From NCBI GenBank assembly GCA_964016885.1, contig OZ024759.1, positions 35,774,001-35,838,000 of the forward strand: 64,000 nucleotides of DNA, given 5' to 3'. Every line of letters begins with the position of its first letter. The first letter of the stretch is position 1. Position numbers and translations under genes: made by a program. Shown here in pieces: positions 13,580 through 27,861 of the stretch. The DNA is from Eledone cirrhosa. Its lineage: Eukaryota. The notes under the pieces were generated by a model. It was not told the DNA's origin and ran no database searches. It worked only from the letters and a program-made list of their open reading frames with translations.

Positions 13580-13726
13580 ATCTTCATGTTGGTAACATAC
13601 CAGAACTTTGGCCTTCATGGGATGGCTTAGAGGCTCGGTACGTTCATTTACCGGATAGACTTGACGGCTTTGTTCAAACAACTTCTCTGTTCGTAATTGA
13701 TAATCCAGTAAATGGTTTAGAACATT
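13580..13726 (-). CDS. Plakin-domain protein exon entering the SH3 ([49 protein letters not shown])
   Basis: ttttccag acceptor, GAT|gtgagt donor, 147 nt. 'SRQVYPV..R....[10 protein letters not shown]' corresponds to plakin 'AK.IVQLKPR....P..A.CDYKQ'. Confidence 0.9.
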
Positions 13727-13889
13727 CTGGAAAACAGAAGCACGGTAATGAAATATATTCTATCTTCTGTGTATTGGTATTTATATAATACTATACTGGG
13801 ACATGGCAGAAACCATTGGTTTATGGATACAATAAGTATTGGGTTCTTTACCAAATTGAGTTTATAGATTGCACATGATAAATGTAATG

Positions 13890-14752
<863 letters not shown>

Positions 14753-14916
14753 CGTCATCATCATCATTTCATTTTACGTCCACTTTTCCCTGCTTGCAAG
14801 GGTGGGACGGGAACTGATTCTGGCTTGATTTCTACAGCTGGATGCCCTTCCTAACACCAACCCCATTTACAGTGAGTGGTGGGTGCTTTTTTGCCGTGGC
14901 GCCTCCACGACCACTT

Positions 14917-14956
<40 letters not shown>

Positions 14957-14957
<1 letters not shown>

Positions 14958-15112
14958 GAAAAACCAAAGGCGGAGGTGGTGAGAGCAGACCTCAGATTGG
15001 TGAAGCTCACGGAGGAGATGACAAAGGACCATGACAAGTGGAGAGATGCTGTGCTGAATAGGACCCATCCCATCCTTGTAAGCAGGAAAAAGCGGACGTA
15101 AAATGATGATGA
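14957..15112 (+). mobile_element. RTE LINE extreme 3' fragment
   Basis: Close match to 18227-18378 (AEVVRADLRLVKLTEEMTKDHDKWRDAV) plus GAT tail. Confidence 0.85.
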
Positions 15113-15133
15113 TACAGACGTTAAAATGACAAT

Positions 15134-15174
<41 letters not shown>

Positions 15175-15348
15175 ATGTATGTATATATATAATTAAGTTT
15201 CATGATTCACCACAGGGTAGAATTGGTCTTTCCTCGAAGTAAACCATGAAATGTTCAGTGTTTGCAGTAATAAAATCTAAAGAAATACAATCTGTCTGGC
15301 CTCCTGTCATTTGACCCTATAATATATATCATGTTTAATATAGAAATG

Positions 15349-15393
15349 GCTTCTACGAGACTAGAACTGTTTCATTCAAAGGAAATCATCAGG
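15349..15393 (-). ncRNA. Hammerhead motif family B, decayed copy
   Basis: CTGATGA-tttcctttgaat-GAAA-cagttctagtctc-GTA-gaagc; stems I and III partly lost. Confidence 0.45.
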
Positions 15394-15549
15394 TGGACTT
15401 CACAACTGAAGACATCAAATGTTCTTATAAACTTGATATTACTGATGCCATTCAATGTAACTGTACAAAGTTGTTTAAATACATATTTTAGGTGTGTGTG
15501 TGGCAACTGGAACTTGATGAACTGACAAACCTGACAGACACCACATAAA

Positions 15550-15795
15550 GAACACAGGACAGGAACACAAGACAGGAACACAAGACAGGAACACAAGACA
15601 GGAACACAAGACAGGAACACAAGACAGGAACACAAGACAGGAACACAAGACAGGAACACAAGACAAGAACACAGGACAGGAACACAAGACAAGAACACAA
15701 GACAAGAACACAAGACAGGAACACAAGACAGGAACACAAGACAGGAACACAAGACAAGAACACAAGACAAGAACACAAGACAAGAACACAAGACA
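15550..15795. repeat. 13-bp tandem repeat
   Basis: (gaacacaagacag)n. Confidence 0.9.
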
Positions 15796-16292
15796 TGGTC
15801 AAACAGTGTTTATACTGAAGAAAGTAACTTAATTAACATAAAGGGAAGGGAATAGAGAGAAAAAGGCGGAGAATTTAAAGATATATGTACTGTTGTCTTT
15901 CTCCTTGGTTACATTTACATCTCCTAGGGGGTAAAAACTATTAAATTTCAGGTTGCCCTGAAGTTGTTGCCGTAAATTTTGTTTTTATTTTCTTTAACGT
16001 GTTTTTGTTGTTTTTATTGAGGATATCTTTTATCTAGGTTTTCTGGGATGTTTGTTTATATATATATATATATCCCATGCAAGCGTGGAATATGGACGTT
16101 AAACGATGATGATGATGATAGATGTATATAAATAAATATCATTTAGCACCCGCTTTCCTTACTAGCAAGGGTTGGACATATATGTATGTGTGTCTGTGAA
16201 AAGTATGTATATATATATATATATATGTACATATATATATAAATATATGTGTATATACATATAAGTGTGTGTATGTGTTGGTGTATATACAT

Positions 16293-16327
<35 letters not shown>

Positions 16328-16343
16328 CATATACACACACACA

Positions 16344-16696
16344 CAGAGAAACGAAGCCTGCATGCTCCGATGGATGTGTAACAGTAATATACGCGAACGA
16401 CAAAGCATAAAGGAATTGAGAGAGAGACTGAGCATAAGAGGAATCAAATGCTGTGTGCAGGAGAGGCGGTTACGCTGGTATGGACATGTGATGCGTATGA
16501 AGGATGACAGCTGCATAAAAAGGTGCAGAGCACTAGAAGTTGATGGAAACCGCGGAGTGGGGAGACACAAGATGACTTGGGATGAGGTGATAAAAGCCGA
16601 CCTTACCCAACTACACCTCTCAAAGTCAATGACACACGACCGTGACTCCTGGCGTCACGCAGTAATACAGGGTACCCGACCTCCCATGGGTACATG
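16344..16696 (+). mobile_element. RTE-clade LINE 3' fragment
   Basis: RNEACMLRWMC...ERRLRWYGHVMRM...GRHKMTWDEVIK; paralogous to 17801-18378. Confidence 0.9.
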
Positions 16697-17072
16697 AAGC
16701 ATATAAACAATATGCCCCCCCCCCCTCCCACCGCAAGGTGGTCGTGGAGGTGCCACGGCAAAAAAGCACCCAGCCCACACTGTAAAGTGGACGTGTAGGC
16801 GCCACGAAAAAGCACCCAGCACTCACTGTAAATGAGGTTGGTGTTAGGAAGGGCATCCAGCTGTAGAAATCAAGCCAGATCAGTTCCTGTATGAGCAAGG
16901 CATGGTCAGCCGACCAGACACTGCCCACAACAGGACAACCCGTCTAACCCATGCTAGCGTGGAAGAACGGACGTAAAACGGTGATGATGATGATGATGAT
17001 GACACATATACATACAAACACAGCCGCTTAGTAGTAAGAATGAGTATTCAATGCCAGACAAGGGATAATTGA

Positions 17073-17120
<48 letters not shown>

Positions 17121-17160
17121 CTGTTGAAACAGCAGGAACTCAGCCTCGGAGTCCTGAATC

Positions 17161-17215
<55 letters not shown>

Positions 17216-17513
17216 ATATCTAGCATCAACACAACTTCTCAGCCAGAGACATTTCTATGTCTGCCACCCCACCACCACCACCACCACCACCATTATATTC
17301 TTCACTTTACCTTTTCTTTCTCTTTTATAGAATGGTTCCAGGTCTTGGCACATTCACTCAGCCAGAACCAGGAATATAATATCTTCTCAACTGTTATACT
17401 TCCATCTCTCCCCTCCACCCCCACCCCCCACCTGTCTCTCTCTCATATAGAAACACCACACCCTGTGATAACACATGGCTATGTCCTACCTCACTATTTC
17501 TAATAGATGTGTC

Positions 17514-17565
<52 letters not shown>

Positions 17566-17694
17566 TGCGTGTGTGTGTGCATGTGTGTGAGAGAGAGTCC
17601 CCGGGCTCAATCAGGGAGGAGGAGGGCGGGGGTAACCACAGTAAGGTACTCATTACATTAGTAGAGTGTAAACATCAAATTTAATATAGAAATG

Positions 17695-17744
17695 GCTTCT
17701 ACAGGACTAGAACTGTTTCATTCGAAAGAAATCATCAGGAAAGC
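17695..17744 (-). ncRNA. Type I hammerhead ribozyme motif (family B)
   Basis: gctttc-CTGATGA-tttctttcgaat-GAAA-cag(ttctagtc)ct-GTA-gaagc; 4-bp stem III, weak stem II. Confidence 0.6.
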
Positions 17745-17761
17745 TATATATATATATATAG

Positions 17762-17800
<39 letters not shown>

Positions 17801-18378
17801 CATGGCAGGGGGGGTGTTCTGAGTCCATAGTATCTAGAATAAGGAAGGGTTGGAAGAAGTTTAGGGAGCTGCTTCCTCTGCTGACGAAGAAGGGCTTCTC
17901 CCTGCGTACGAAAGGCCGGTTGTATGATGCCTGTGTGAGGAGCGCGATGCTGCATGGTAGTGAGACATGGGCAGCAACCGCAGAGGATATGCGACGGCTG
18001 GAGAGAAATGAGGCAAGCATGCTCCGTTGGATGTGCAGTGTAAATGTGCGTGAACGACCCAGCATAAATGTGTTGAGAGAGAAACTGTGTCTGAGAGGGA
18101 TAGAATGTAGTGTACGGGAGAGGAGACTGAGGTGGTATGGACATGTGATGCGCATGGAGGATGACCGATGGGTGAAGAAGTGCCAGGAAATGCCAGTTGA
18201 AGGAAGACGTGGTAGAGGTAGACCACGAAAAACATGGGCGGAGGTGGTGAGAACAGACCTCAGATCATTGAAGCTCACTGAGGAGATGACGAAGGACCGT
18301 GACAAGTGGAGAGATGCTGTGCTGAATAAGACCCATCCCACCCTTGCAAGCAGGGAAAAGTGGACGTCTGATGATGAT
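17801..18378 (+). mobile_element. RTE-clade LINE, 5'-truncated 3' end (end of the RT ORF plus GAT tail)
   Basis: Open frame SRIRKGWKKFRELLPLL...LYDACVRSAMLHGSETW...RRLRWYGHVMRM...GRRGRGRPRKTW; ends ggacgtctgatgatgat; flanked by (TA)n. Confidence 0.93.
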
Positions 18379-18449
18379 ATATATATGTGCTTGATCTGTG
18401 GCCCCAATACGCTTTCATAACTCATTTCGCTTATTTATATATATATATA

Positions 18450-18520
18450 CAGGGTGTCCCAAAAAATGTATACACACTTCAACAGCATTCTAATAATGTG
18501 TATCCATTTTTGGGGAAACC

Positions 18521-18523
<3 letters not shown>
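18450..18523. mobile_element. Tc1/mariner-type tiny MITE
   Basis: TA|cagggtgtcccaaaaaatgtatacac ... gtgtatccatttttggggaaaccctg: imperfect TIRs of about 26 bp within a (TA)n tract. Confidence 0.7.
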
Positions 18524-18557
<34 letters not shown>

Positions 18558-18973
18558 CACAGCATCACCATAATCATCATCATCATTATAGACGAGACAC
18601 ACGGGACACACCCATGTATTTAATAATGTGTGGTAAAGGGGGTGGGGAGTAGGTGAAGATGATTGCAATAAAGGTGAACAGCAAGTATGGTGATGGTGGT
18701 GGCAGAGGCAGAGATGGTGATGAGGGTGGTGTTGGTGGAGGTGAGGGTAGTGATGGTGAAGATGGTGGTGATGGTGATGGCAGTGGTGGTGATGATGATG
18801 GTGATGGCGGTGATGGTGATGATGATGGTGATGATGATGGTGATGGTGATGGTGGTGATGGTGATGGTAACTTCAAGGCCAGTAAGCTCATAATCCATTC
18901 CTGGTGACAAAAAAAAACCTTTGTAGATAATGGGAAAACAAGAGAAAGGAGAGAGAAAAACATATATACACAC

Positions 18974-19030
<57 letters not shown>

Positions 19031-19087
19031 TGTGTGTATAGAATAGATGCAAGCATAGAAAATAGATGTTAAACAGACTTGGGATTG

Positions 19088-19174
<87 letters not shown>

Positions 19175-19194
19175 CACATATATATATATGTGTG

Positions 19195-19294
<100 letters not shown>

Positions 19295-19586
19295 CATATA
19301 TATATATATATGTGTGTGTGTGTGTATGCATATATATATATGTGTGTGTATGCATATATGTGTGCGTGTGTATATGCATATATATGTGTGTGTGTGTATA
19401 TATGTACATGTGTGTGTATATATATATATGTGTGTGTATATATATATGTGTGTGTATATATATATATGTGTGTATGTGTGTATATATATATATATATATG
19501 TATATGTATATGTGTGTATATATATATATGTGTGTGTATATATATATATATAAGTGTGTATATATATATATATATATAAGTGTGTG

Positions 19587-19703
<117 letters not shown>

Positions 19704-19737
19704 TGTGTGTATATGTGATAGAGATTGCACTACTTAC

Positions 19738-19860
19738 CCTTAAGTGTGAGATCATAATATCTGGGTCACTGATTTGTAGTTTTGTCTTCATCTTCACACA
19801 GTTCAACCAAGACAAGAAGCCACGCATGTCTTCCAGGAGATGTTGTGTATCATAGAAATA
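19738..19860 (-). CDS. Plakin-domain protein exon ([41 protein letters not shown])
   Basis: tctctctgcag acceptor, AGG|gtaagt donor, 123 nt, phase 0-0. Continues 'AYHQ|YFYD', equivalent to plakin 'AYFQFFxD'. Confidence 0.9.
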
Positions 19861-20025
19861 CTGCAGAGAGACAACACACATTACATACAAGCTGCTCATG
19901 GAGATATATATATATATATGTGTGTATGTATACACACATTTATATACATATACACACACACACACATTATATATATATATATATATATATATATGCATTT
20001 ATCATTATATATAAACACACACACG

Positions 20026-20069
<44 letters not shown>

Positions 20070-20246
20070 TACATTGGGGTTCTGAATCTTTCATATTACC
20101 ACACTCTACTACCCCAAGTATTGAGTACTCTGGTATTGAGTACTCAAGTATTGAGATATTGGATATTCCTTGGACTATCCAAGGAATATTCAACTGAGAA
20201 GGTATGTTTTCCTTGGCTATGTCAAATATTTATAAAACACTCTTTG

Positions 20247-20308
20247 TATTTTATCTGATGAAAGCGTACCAAAGTTTTTGGTACACTTGAAATATATATA
20301 ATAGAATA
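20247..20308 (+). ncRNA. Type I hammerhead ribozyme motif (family A)
   Basis: tattttat-CTGATGA-aagcgtaccaa...ttggtacactt-GAA-ATATATAT-A-atagaata; palindromic stem III. Confidence 0.7.
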
Positions 20309-20551
20309 AATATGGTTTTATAAATATAGTTTCCATTTATTTAATACCATTGAATATTTACTCCAGAAATCTGTCGAGTGCTTTGATTCAGTTATATTTG
20401 TTGAATTTCCAACAAATTAAATATCCCTTCTACTTATATAAATATATATGTGTGTGTGTGTGAAGTATTTCCGTAGGAAAGGTAAAGGAAAAGAGAGTGC
20501 TCTAAGTAGGCTACAGAGCTTTTTAGTTATGTAATAAACAACATAAGATAA

Positions 20552-20600
20552 TTCATTTACCAGTGGTTTCTTGAAGATTTATATCTGTCGTCAGAACGAA
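20552..20600 (-). ncRNA. Hammerhead motif family C, stem II degenerate
   Basis: ttcgtt-CTGACGA-cagatataaatcttcaa-GAAA-ccactg-GTA-aatgaa; 6-bp stem I; flank homologous to 9745-9836. Confidence 0.5.
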
Positions 20601-20896
20601 TAATAAGGAATGTTTATTAAATATAGATTTGAAAAGAAAGTTTAGGAAATATGTAAGTGAGGCTGAAATCAAATAACGGGCGAACATTGAGGGTAAAAAA
20701 TATAGAAATAAATATCGAGAACAAAGATACAGACACTGAAACACACGCTTATACGTAATAGTACGTAGACGTATACCTTCTCACATAAGTGTATGTGCGT
20801 CTACATGGAAATACGAACACACACATACACGTGTAATCTTTTGCTCACATATGCGCACCCTCACACATGTACTCAATAATCTATATATACACACAT

Positions 20897-20943
<47 letters not shown>

Positions 20944-21141
20944 ACCATAAACACATGTAGACCCAAAGATATACACACACACACTCTTGACACAGGAAAA
21001 TCAGATAATCAGACAAACAGGCAATCTGACAAACAATCTAACAATTTGACAATCTAACAATCTGACAATTTGACAATCTGAAATACACTGGATATTATTC
21101 CAATAGTCTGTAGTAGGAGATGTTCAAAATGTTTTATTTAC

Positions 21142-21237
21142 CTGGTGATATGCGGCAGCATTTTGGATATGTATTTGTAGACAACACTCCACTTGCATGG
21201 CCCATGCCCAGGCATTGCGTACAGCATAGACACTGTC
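21142..21237 (-). CDS. Plakin-domain protein exon (DSVYAVRNAWAWAMQVECCLQIHIQNAAAYHQ)
   Basis: ctttccaacag acceptor, CAG|gtaaat donor, 96 nt. Matches the plakin signature 'QTQWSWxLQLCCCIExHLKENxAYFQ'. Confidence 0.92.
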
Positions 21238-21327
21238 CTGTTGGAAAGATATACAGGCTTTCATGTTAGAAACATTGGGGAGTAATTTTAGGTAACACAA
21301 TTAAAAGACCCCCAAAAAATGTAAAGA

Positions 21328-21900
21328 AGCTGGTCACCAGATCAGACCAAAGGAAACTATGTCTCTACTGGGCGTTTGATTGGTGAGTCTGTTGGTCACA
21401 ACTAGTAGAAGGAGGAAGCTAGTCACCAGATCAGTCCAAAGGAAACTATGTCTCTACTGGGCGTTTGATTGGTGAGTCTGTTGGTCACAACTAGTAGAAG
21501 GAGGATCTGGTCACCAGATCAGACCAAAGGAAACTATGTCTCTACTGGGCATTTGATTGGTGAGTCTGTTGGTCACAACTAGTAGAAGGAGGATCTGGTC
21601 ACCAGATCAGACCAAAGGAAACAATGTTTCCATTGGTCTTTCCATTGCTGATACAGTATGTTGTTTATGACACCTGGTAGGAGGAAGCTGGTCACCAGAT
21701 CAGACCAAAGGAAACAATGTTTCCATTGGTCTTTCCATTGCTGATACTATCTGTCAGTTACAACTCCTGGCAGAAGGAGGGAGCTGGTCATCAGATCAGA
21801 CCAAGAAATCTATGTTTCCATTGGTCTATACATTTCTGAAACAGTCTGTCACAACTCCTGGCAGAAGAAAGGAGCTGGTCATCAGATATGACGAAGGAAT
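21328..21900. repeat. Degenerating tandem repeat of about 86-100 bp
   Basis: Repeated ctggtcaccagatcagaccaaaggaaac... Confidence 0.8.
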
Positions 21901-23121
21901 TGTCATATAAAAACAAAGCTGTTTATATATAATCTGAAAACTATGTAGCAGTAAAACTGTGTGTGTGTGTGAGCAGCACAAACGTGAGTGTGTGTGTGAG
22001 CAGCACAAACGTGAGTGTGTGTGTGAGCAGCACAAAAGTGAGTGTGTGTGTGAGCAGCACAAATGTGAGTGTGTAGCATAAATGTGTGTATGTGTCTGAA
22101 GCACAAATGTGTATGTGTATATGTCTGTGCAACACGTTTGTGTGTGTATATAGCACAAATGTGTGTGTGTAGCACAAATGTATATATGTGTATATGTCTA
22201 CTCAATATATCCTCCCTAGTTTTATTTCAAAGGATCAATTTAATGTAGTCACATAAAGCCATTAATATCTCTCTAGTTACCATTTTCCACCATTTTATGG
22301 CCATTACTCCCTCATTTTACTGGAGTTTATTTCAGTCTTCTTATTAACTCAGATTTCAAGGCCGTACAGTACAGCCATAAAAACAACCATTACACAACCT
22401 GTCTCTCATATGTCATCTATTGCTTCAGGAGTGGAATTGGTAGACAGAAACTGTTTGGAAGCCCATCAGATGGTTTGTACTATTTGTGCTTCAAAGGGTC
22501 AGACTTGGAGTCTGGTCTGGGATACCTCCCAGATCACGAGCCAGCTGCTTAAGAAACATTTGTAAGCAGGATTGAGCAATAAATCTCCTATGTAACATCT
22601 CCACTTTGTTATATATATATATATATATATCAACATCCTCATTTAACGTCCATCTTCCACGCTAGCATGGGTTACACGGTTTTGTTCTATTTGATGCAGG
22701 AATGCTCAGGAGACCGTGTCTTGCTCGTATGGAAGCGTCTCTGGCAGGTTGTTTACAGCTGGATGCCCTTCCTAACGCCAACCACATTTACAGTGTGGAC
22801 TGGGAGCTTTTTACCATGTCTCCTACATGACCATCTTAGTGTAGACTGTTGTGTCATCGACACAGTGGACGGAACGGGAGAGGTTGGGGTATGGTGTGGG
22901 GTGTGGCAGTGAGGTGTACATTGAGTTAAGAGGTGCCTACTGACTGTAGGTTTATATGCAATGGTAGTCGGGTCTGCTTTACAACTGCATGGTGCTCAAG
23001 GTCTCGATCCAGTGTCATTGTCTTAGAGAGGTGTAGGTGGGCAAGGTCAATTTTTATCACCTCGCTATATTGAGGTCATTGAATTACTGGTCACACGCGA
23101 GTCCTTTACTCCGTTATTTTA

Positions 23122-23155
<34 letters not shown>

Positions 23156-23210
23156 CGAGAGAGAGAGAGGTTTGTTGTGTTAATAGCGTTAATGTAGAAA
23201 TGTTGTGTAC

Positions 23211-23321
23211 CTTGTGCAGCCTAGATGCCACATCTTGATCTTCACCCCGGTAAACACTCTCAAATACTTTCTGGCGGCCAATTAAGTAACAAGCTCTCCT
23301 TGACATTTCCGTTTCCAATGT
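23211..23321 (-). CDS. Plakin-domain protein exon (TLETEMSRRACYLIGRQKVFESVYRGEDQDVASRLHK)
   Basis: ttttcag acceptor, AAG|gtacac donor, 111 nt, phase 0-0. Positionally equivalent to plectin 'ALMRELELKEKKIKELQ...HPARPTVE'. Confidence 0.8.
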
Positions 23322-23702
23322 CTGAAAATTAACGAAAATTACAAATTAATTAAATAAAACTAATTAGTTTGTGTGTAATTGCGAGGATGTGCTCGGGGGG
23401 GGGGGGGAGTAGGTGCATGGGTGGGTTTGGAGGGGGGGGGGGGGGGTTGTGGTGGCAAATTAAGAAAAATAAAACATGAATTATGAAAGCTGAACATGTT
23501 GAAACTCCACATATGGGTGGGTGGGTGTCTGGGTGGGTGGATGTTTGGGGTGGGTGGATGTTCTGGGTGGGTGGATGTTTGGGGTGGGTGGATGTCCTGG
23601 GTGGGTAGACGGATGGATGGATTGATAGATGTATATAGTTCGGAATATCAGAAAACAAAAAACAGACAAACACAGGAGTAAGTGTTATAAATATTATTAG
23701 TT

Positions 23703-23763
<61 letters not shown>

Positions 23764-24044
23764 ACAGGGGAGAAGAAAAAATGGCTTCACTTGTGCTTTC
23801 AACAAATTTATTTTCTTCACAAAATTCAAAAAGAATTTTTCTTAAAAAAAATTATTTTATAAATTAAGTTGTTGGTTGTTGGTTTGGTCTTAGGAGTTCT
23901 TGGTTAACGCAGGGGTATTGTTTCGTTTTTAGAAAGACCATTCACGCTGAGGTGCGCTTGTCAAACTGATGTGTATGTGGTGTGTTGTTCTATATATAGG
24001 GATTTAACATGTCTGTGGTGTGGTGGGGGTTTCTCCCCCCCCCC

Positions 24045-24155
<111 letters not shown>

Positions 24156-24263
24156 CCCTGTGTGGTTATTTAGACGTGTGCCCTAATATCTGTTTACATA
24201 TCCATGAGGGAGAGTTTGGGAGTAAATGATTGTTAATTGCATTTAATTAAGGCTTTATTACTA

Positions 24264-25003
24264 ATGGTGGTGGTGGTGTGGTAGTGGTGGTGGTGATGAT
24301 GGTAGTGGCGATGATGGTAGTGGTGGTGATGATGGTAGTGGTGATGGTGACGGTGGTGGTGATGGTGGTGGTGTTGATGGTGGTGGTGGTGGTGGTGATG
24401 GTAGTGGTGGTGGTGGTGATGGTAGTGGTGGTGGTGATGATGGTAGTGGTGGTGGTGATGATGGTAGTGGTGGTGGTAGTGGTGGTGGTGGTGGTGATGA
24501 TGGTAGTGGTGGTGGTGATGATGGTAGTGGCAATGATGGTAGTGGTGGTGATGATGGTAGTGGTGATGGTGACGGTGGTGGTGATGATGGTAGTGGTGAT
24601 GGTGACGGTGGTGGTGATGGTGGTGGTGGTGGTGGTGATGGTAGTGGTGATGATGGTAGTGGTAGTGGTGATGATGGTAGTGGTGGTGGTGATGATGGTA
24701 GTGGTGGTGGTGATGATGGTAGTGGTGATGGTGATGGTAGTAGTGATGATGGTAGTGGTGGTGGTGGTGGTAGTGGTGATGGTGGTGGTGGTGGTGGTGA
24801 TGGTAGTGGTGATGATGGTAGTGGTGGTGGTGGTGGTAGTGGTGATGGTGACGGTGGTGGTGATGGTGGTGGTGGTGGTGGTGATGGTAGTGGTGATGAT
24901 GGTAGTGGTGGTGGTGGTGGTGGTGATAGTGATGATGATAATGATAATGATAATGATGATAATGATGGTGGCAATGATGATGGTGGTGATGATGATGGTG
25001 GTG
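24264..25003. repeat. (GGT/GAT/AGT)n trinucleotide tract
   Basis: Direct inspection; similar tracts at 18688-18868, 29200-29348 and 55640-55950. Confidence 0.95.
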
Positions 25004-25231
25004 AAAAACACCTAAAACCATTTAACAAAATAAACTAAACTAAGGAGGAAATGTCAATACCGTTGAGATATAACTTTCCCCTGTATTGAGGATATCGTTA
25101 AGGTTTATATGCAGGTGCTAATTAATTTATTAAAGAAACGAGATCGTTCTGCCTCTGTTACTAATTAGGGGCCACATTATATGAAAAGGAAATCATTGTT
25201 CCGTTGGGATTTCAAATTAACAACATACCAA

Positions 25232-25605
25232 TCTCCCATTGGTGTGTAAATGGTTTTATAGAGGTACCAGTAATACGTTGGGTTCTAAGTTTCTCCCATT
25301 GGTGTGTAAATGGTTTTATAGAGGTACCAGTAATACGTTGGGTTCTAAGTTTCTCCCATTGGTGTGTAAATGGTTTTATAGAGGTACCAGTAATACGTTG
25401 AGTTCTAAGTTTCTCCCATTGGTATGTAAATGGTTTTATAGAGGTACCAGTAATACGTTGAGTTCTAAGTTTCTCCCATTGGTATGTAAATGGTTTTATA
25501 GAGGTACCAGTAATACGTTGAGTTCTAAGTTTCTCCCATTGGTGTGTAAATGGTTTTATAGAGGTACCAGTAATACGTTGTGTTCTAAGTTTCTCCCATT
25601 GGTAT
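25232..25605. repeat. 60-bp minisatellite, about 6 copies
   Basis: Unit ttctcccattggtgtgtaaatggttttatagaggtaccagtaatacgttg(a/g)gttctaagt. Confidence 0.95.
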
Positions 25606-26276
25606 GTTGTTTATGTTTTTAAGAAGGTACCAGTAACATATTGAGGAGGCACGTAACCTAACGGTAATGGTGTTGGACTTATGATCATAATGCTATGGGT
25701 TCAACTCCTGGACATGTCTGTGTATCGTCATCGTATAACGTCCATCTTCCACGCTAGCATGGGTTAGACGGGAGTTGTCCCACTTGAGGCAAGGTTGGTC
25801 GGTTGACCGTGTCTCGCTCGTATAGGACTATCTGGCAGCTTTTCTACAGCTGGATGCCCTTCCTACACCAACCACATTTACAGTCTGTGTGTGTGCATAT
25901 ATATATATATGTATATATAGGTGTGTGTAAATATACATATATATATATATTATATACATTAGCATGGAAAATGGACATAAACGATATGTTTTTATATATA
26001 CACATATATACACACATGTATACACACACACACATACATACATACATACATACATATAAAGATTTACATATACATAAACTAGACAAAGTCACAGATATGT
26101 GTTTTGACAACCATTCACGATGTGGCTCAATGATGAATTAATAAATTAAATAATCAGAGCAATAAGCAACCAATCACATCCTTTCTGACTTGACCACTGC
26201 CACGTCACAGTTCTTAGCCATTTGAAATTCGTTTCTGGTGGAGCTCACTTAAGAAAATCATTTGTCCAAACGAGTT

Positions 26277-26355
26277 TGTTTCCTGATGAGTTCGAAGCTC
26301 GAGATATCCTTAATAGGATATTTCCAAATGCGAACGAAACCCGAGGGTAGAAACG
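26277..26355 (+). ncRNA. Type I hammerhead ribozyme motif, intact core
   Basis: tgtttc-CTGATGA-gttcg...cgaac-GAAA-ccc-ga-gg-GTA-gaaacg. Stems I, II and III all pair; predicted cleavage after A26349. Confidence 0.8.
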
Positions 26356-26885
26356 TAATCCTGGTATGTGTATATGCATTTCTTCTAACTTTAATTTTAT
26401 ACCTAATTGTGTATGGTTGACGGTATATTTAATCGATTTCCACGTGCTGTTGAAATGTTGGGTAAATATTCTATGGCGGTCGACCGCGAAGAGATTGCTG
26501 TCGTTTATTTATCTACTATTTCTTCATAGGTGCCTTTTAATCTTATAGCCTGGTCTAATTGATTTTGTGTGGTTAATTATGCTAATTGGGAGAGGAAATG
26601 GTGTATATATATTATCAAATGATTCTATGGACATACTTTATAGTATATATATATATATATATATATATAAAGGAACGATCGACTTTCGTCAAATCGGACC
26701 GAGGGAACAATGTTTCCGTTGGTCTTTCCAATTGCTAATACTATCTATCGGTCGCAACTCCAGGTAGAAGGAGCAACGTGAAATAAAGTGTCTTGCTCAA
26801 GGACATAACACATCGCCTGTCCAGAAATCGAACTCACAACCTTACAATTGCGAATCCAATTCTCTAACCACTCAGCCACACGCCT

Positions 26886-26925
<40 letters not shown>

Positions 26926-27309
26926 TTAGTATCTGTAAGAAGATAATTTACCTATTGTTAACTTTTTTGTTTTGACTCAATTCTGGGTCAAATTAATCAA
27001 TAAACTATAAACCTATTGATCACCTGAGATCCACCTGGATACACTATTATTACCTGTATGTATCGCTGGACAACGGCCTTGCTGGACATAACAGATCAAT
27101 ATGGTGATAGATGACCTATAATAAAAACTGTGATAGTTCTGTGATAGTTCTGTGATAGTTCTGTGATAGTTCTGTGATAGTTCTGTGATAGTTCTGTGAT
27201 AGTTCTGTGATAGTGGCGTGATAGTGAAGGTCGGTGGTGGTGATTACATTCATGTATCACTAGACACAAGAAACAGATGGATAACTACAACCGTGGCTCA
27301 CTGTAAGAG

Positions 27310-27716
27310 ACCAATCCGTGGCTCACTCTAACCAATCCATGGCTCACTCTAACTACCAATCCATGGCTCACTCTAACTACCAATCCGTGGCTCACTCTAA
27401 CTACCAATCCGTGGCTCACTCTAACTAACCAATCCGTGGCTCACTCTAACTACCAATCCGTGGCTCACTCTAACTAACCAATCCATGGCTCACTCTAACT
27501 ACCAATCCGTGGCTCACTCTAACTAACCAATCCATGGCTCACTCTAACTACCAATCCGTGGCTCACTCTAACTAACCAATCCATGGCTCATTCTAACTAC
27601 CAATCCGTGGCTCACTCTAACTAACCAATCCGTGGCTCACTCTAACTAACCAATCCATGGCTCACTCTAACTAACCAATCCGTGGCTCACTCTAACTAAC
27701 CAATCCGTGGCTCACT
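27310..27716. repeat. 24/25-bp minisatellite, preceded by an 11-bp ctgtgatagtt array at 27128-27213
   Basis: (ccaatcc(g/a)tggctcactctaacta(a))n. Confidence 0.92.
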
Positions 27717-27782
27717 GTAATATTATATATCCTCTACTTGCTCCTAAGCATGATCCTAAAACTGTGTTTGTTTTTTTTCTTC

Positions 27783-27861
<79 letters not shown>

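Noticed and set aside
25232-25605. CRISPR-like regular arrays, here and at 1-632, 50720-53200 and 57328-57864
   Set aside because: Units are contiguous with no unique spacers, there are no cas genes, and the context is eukaryotic.
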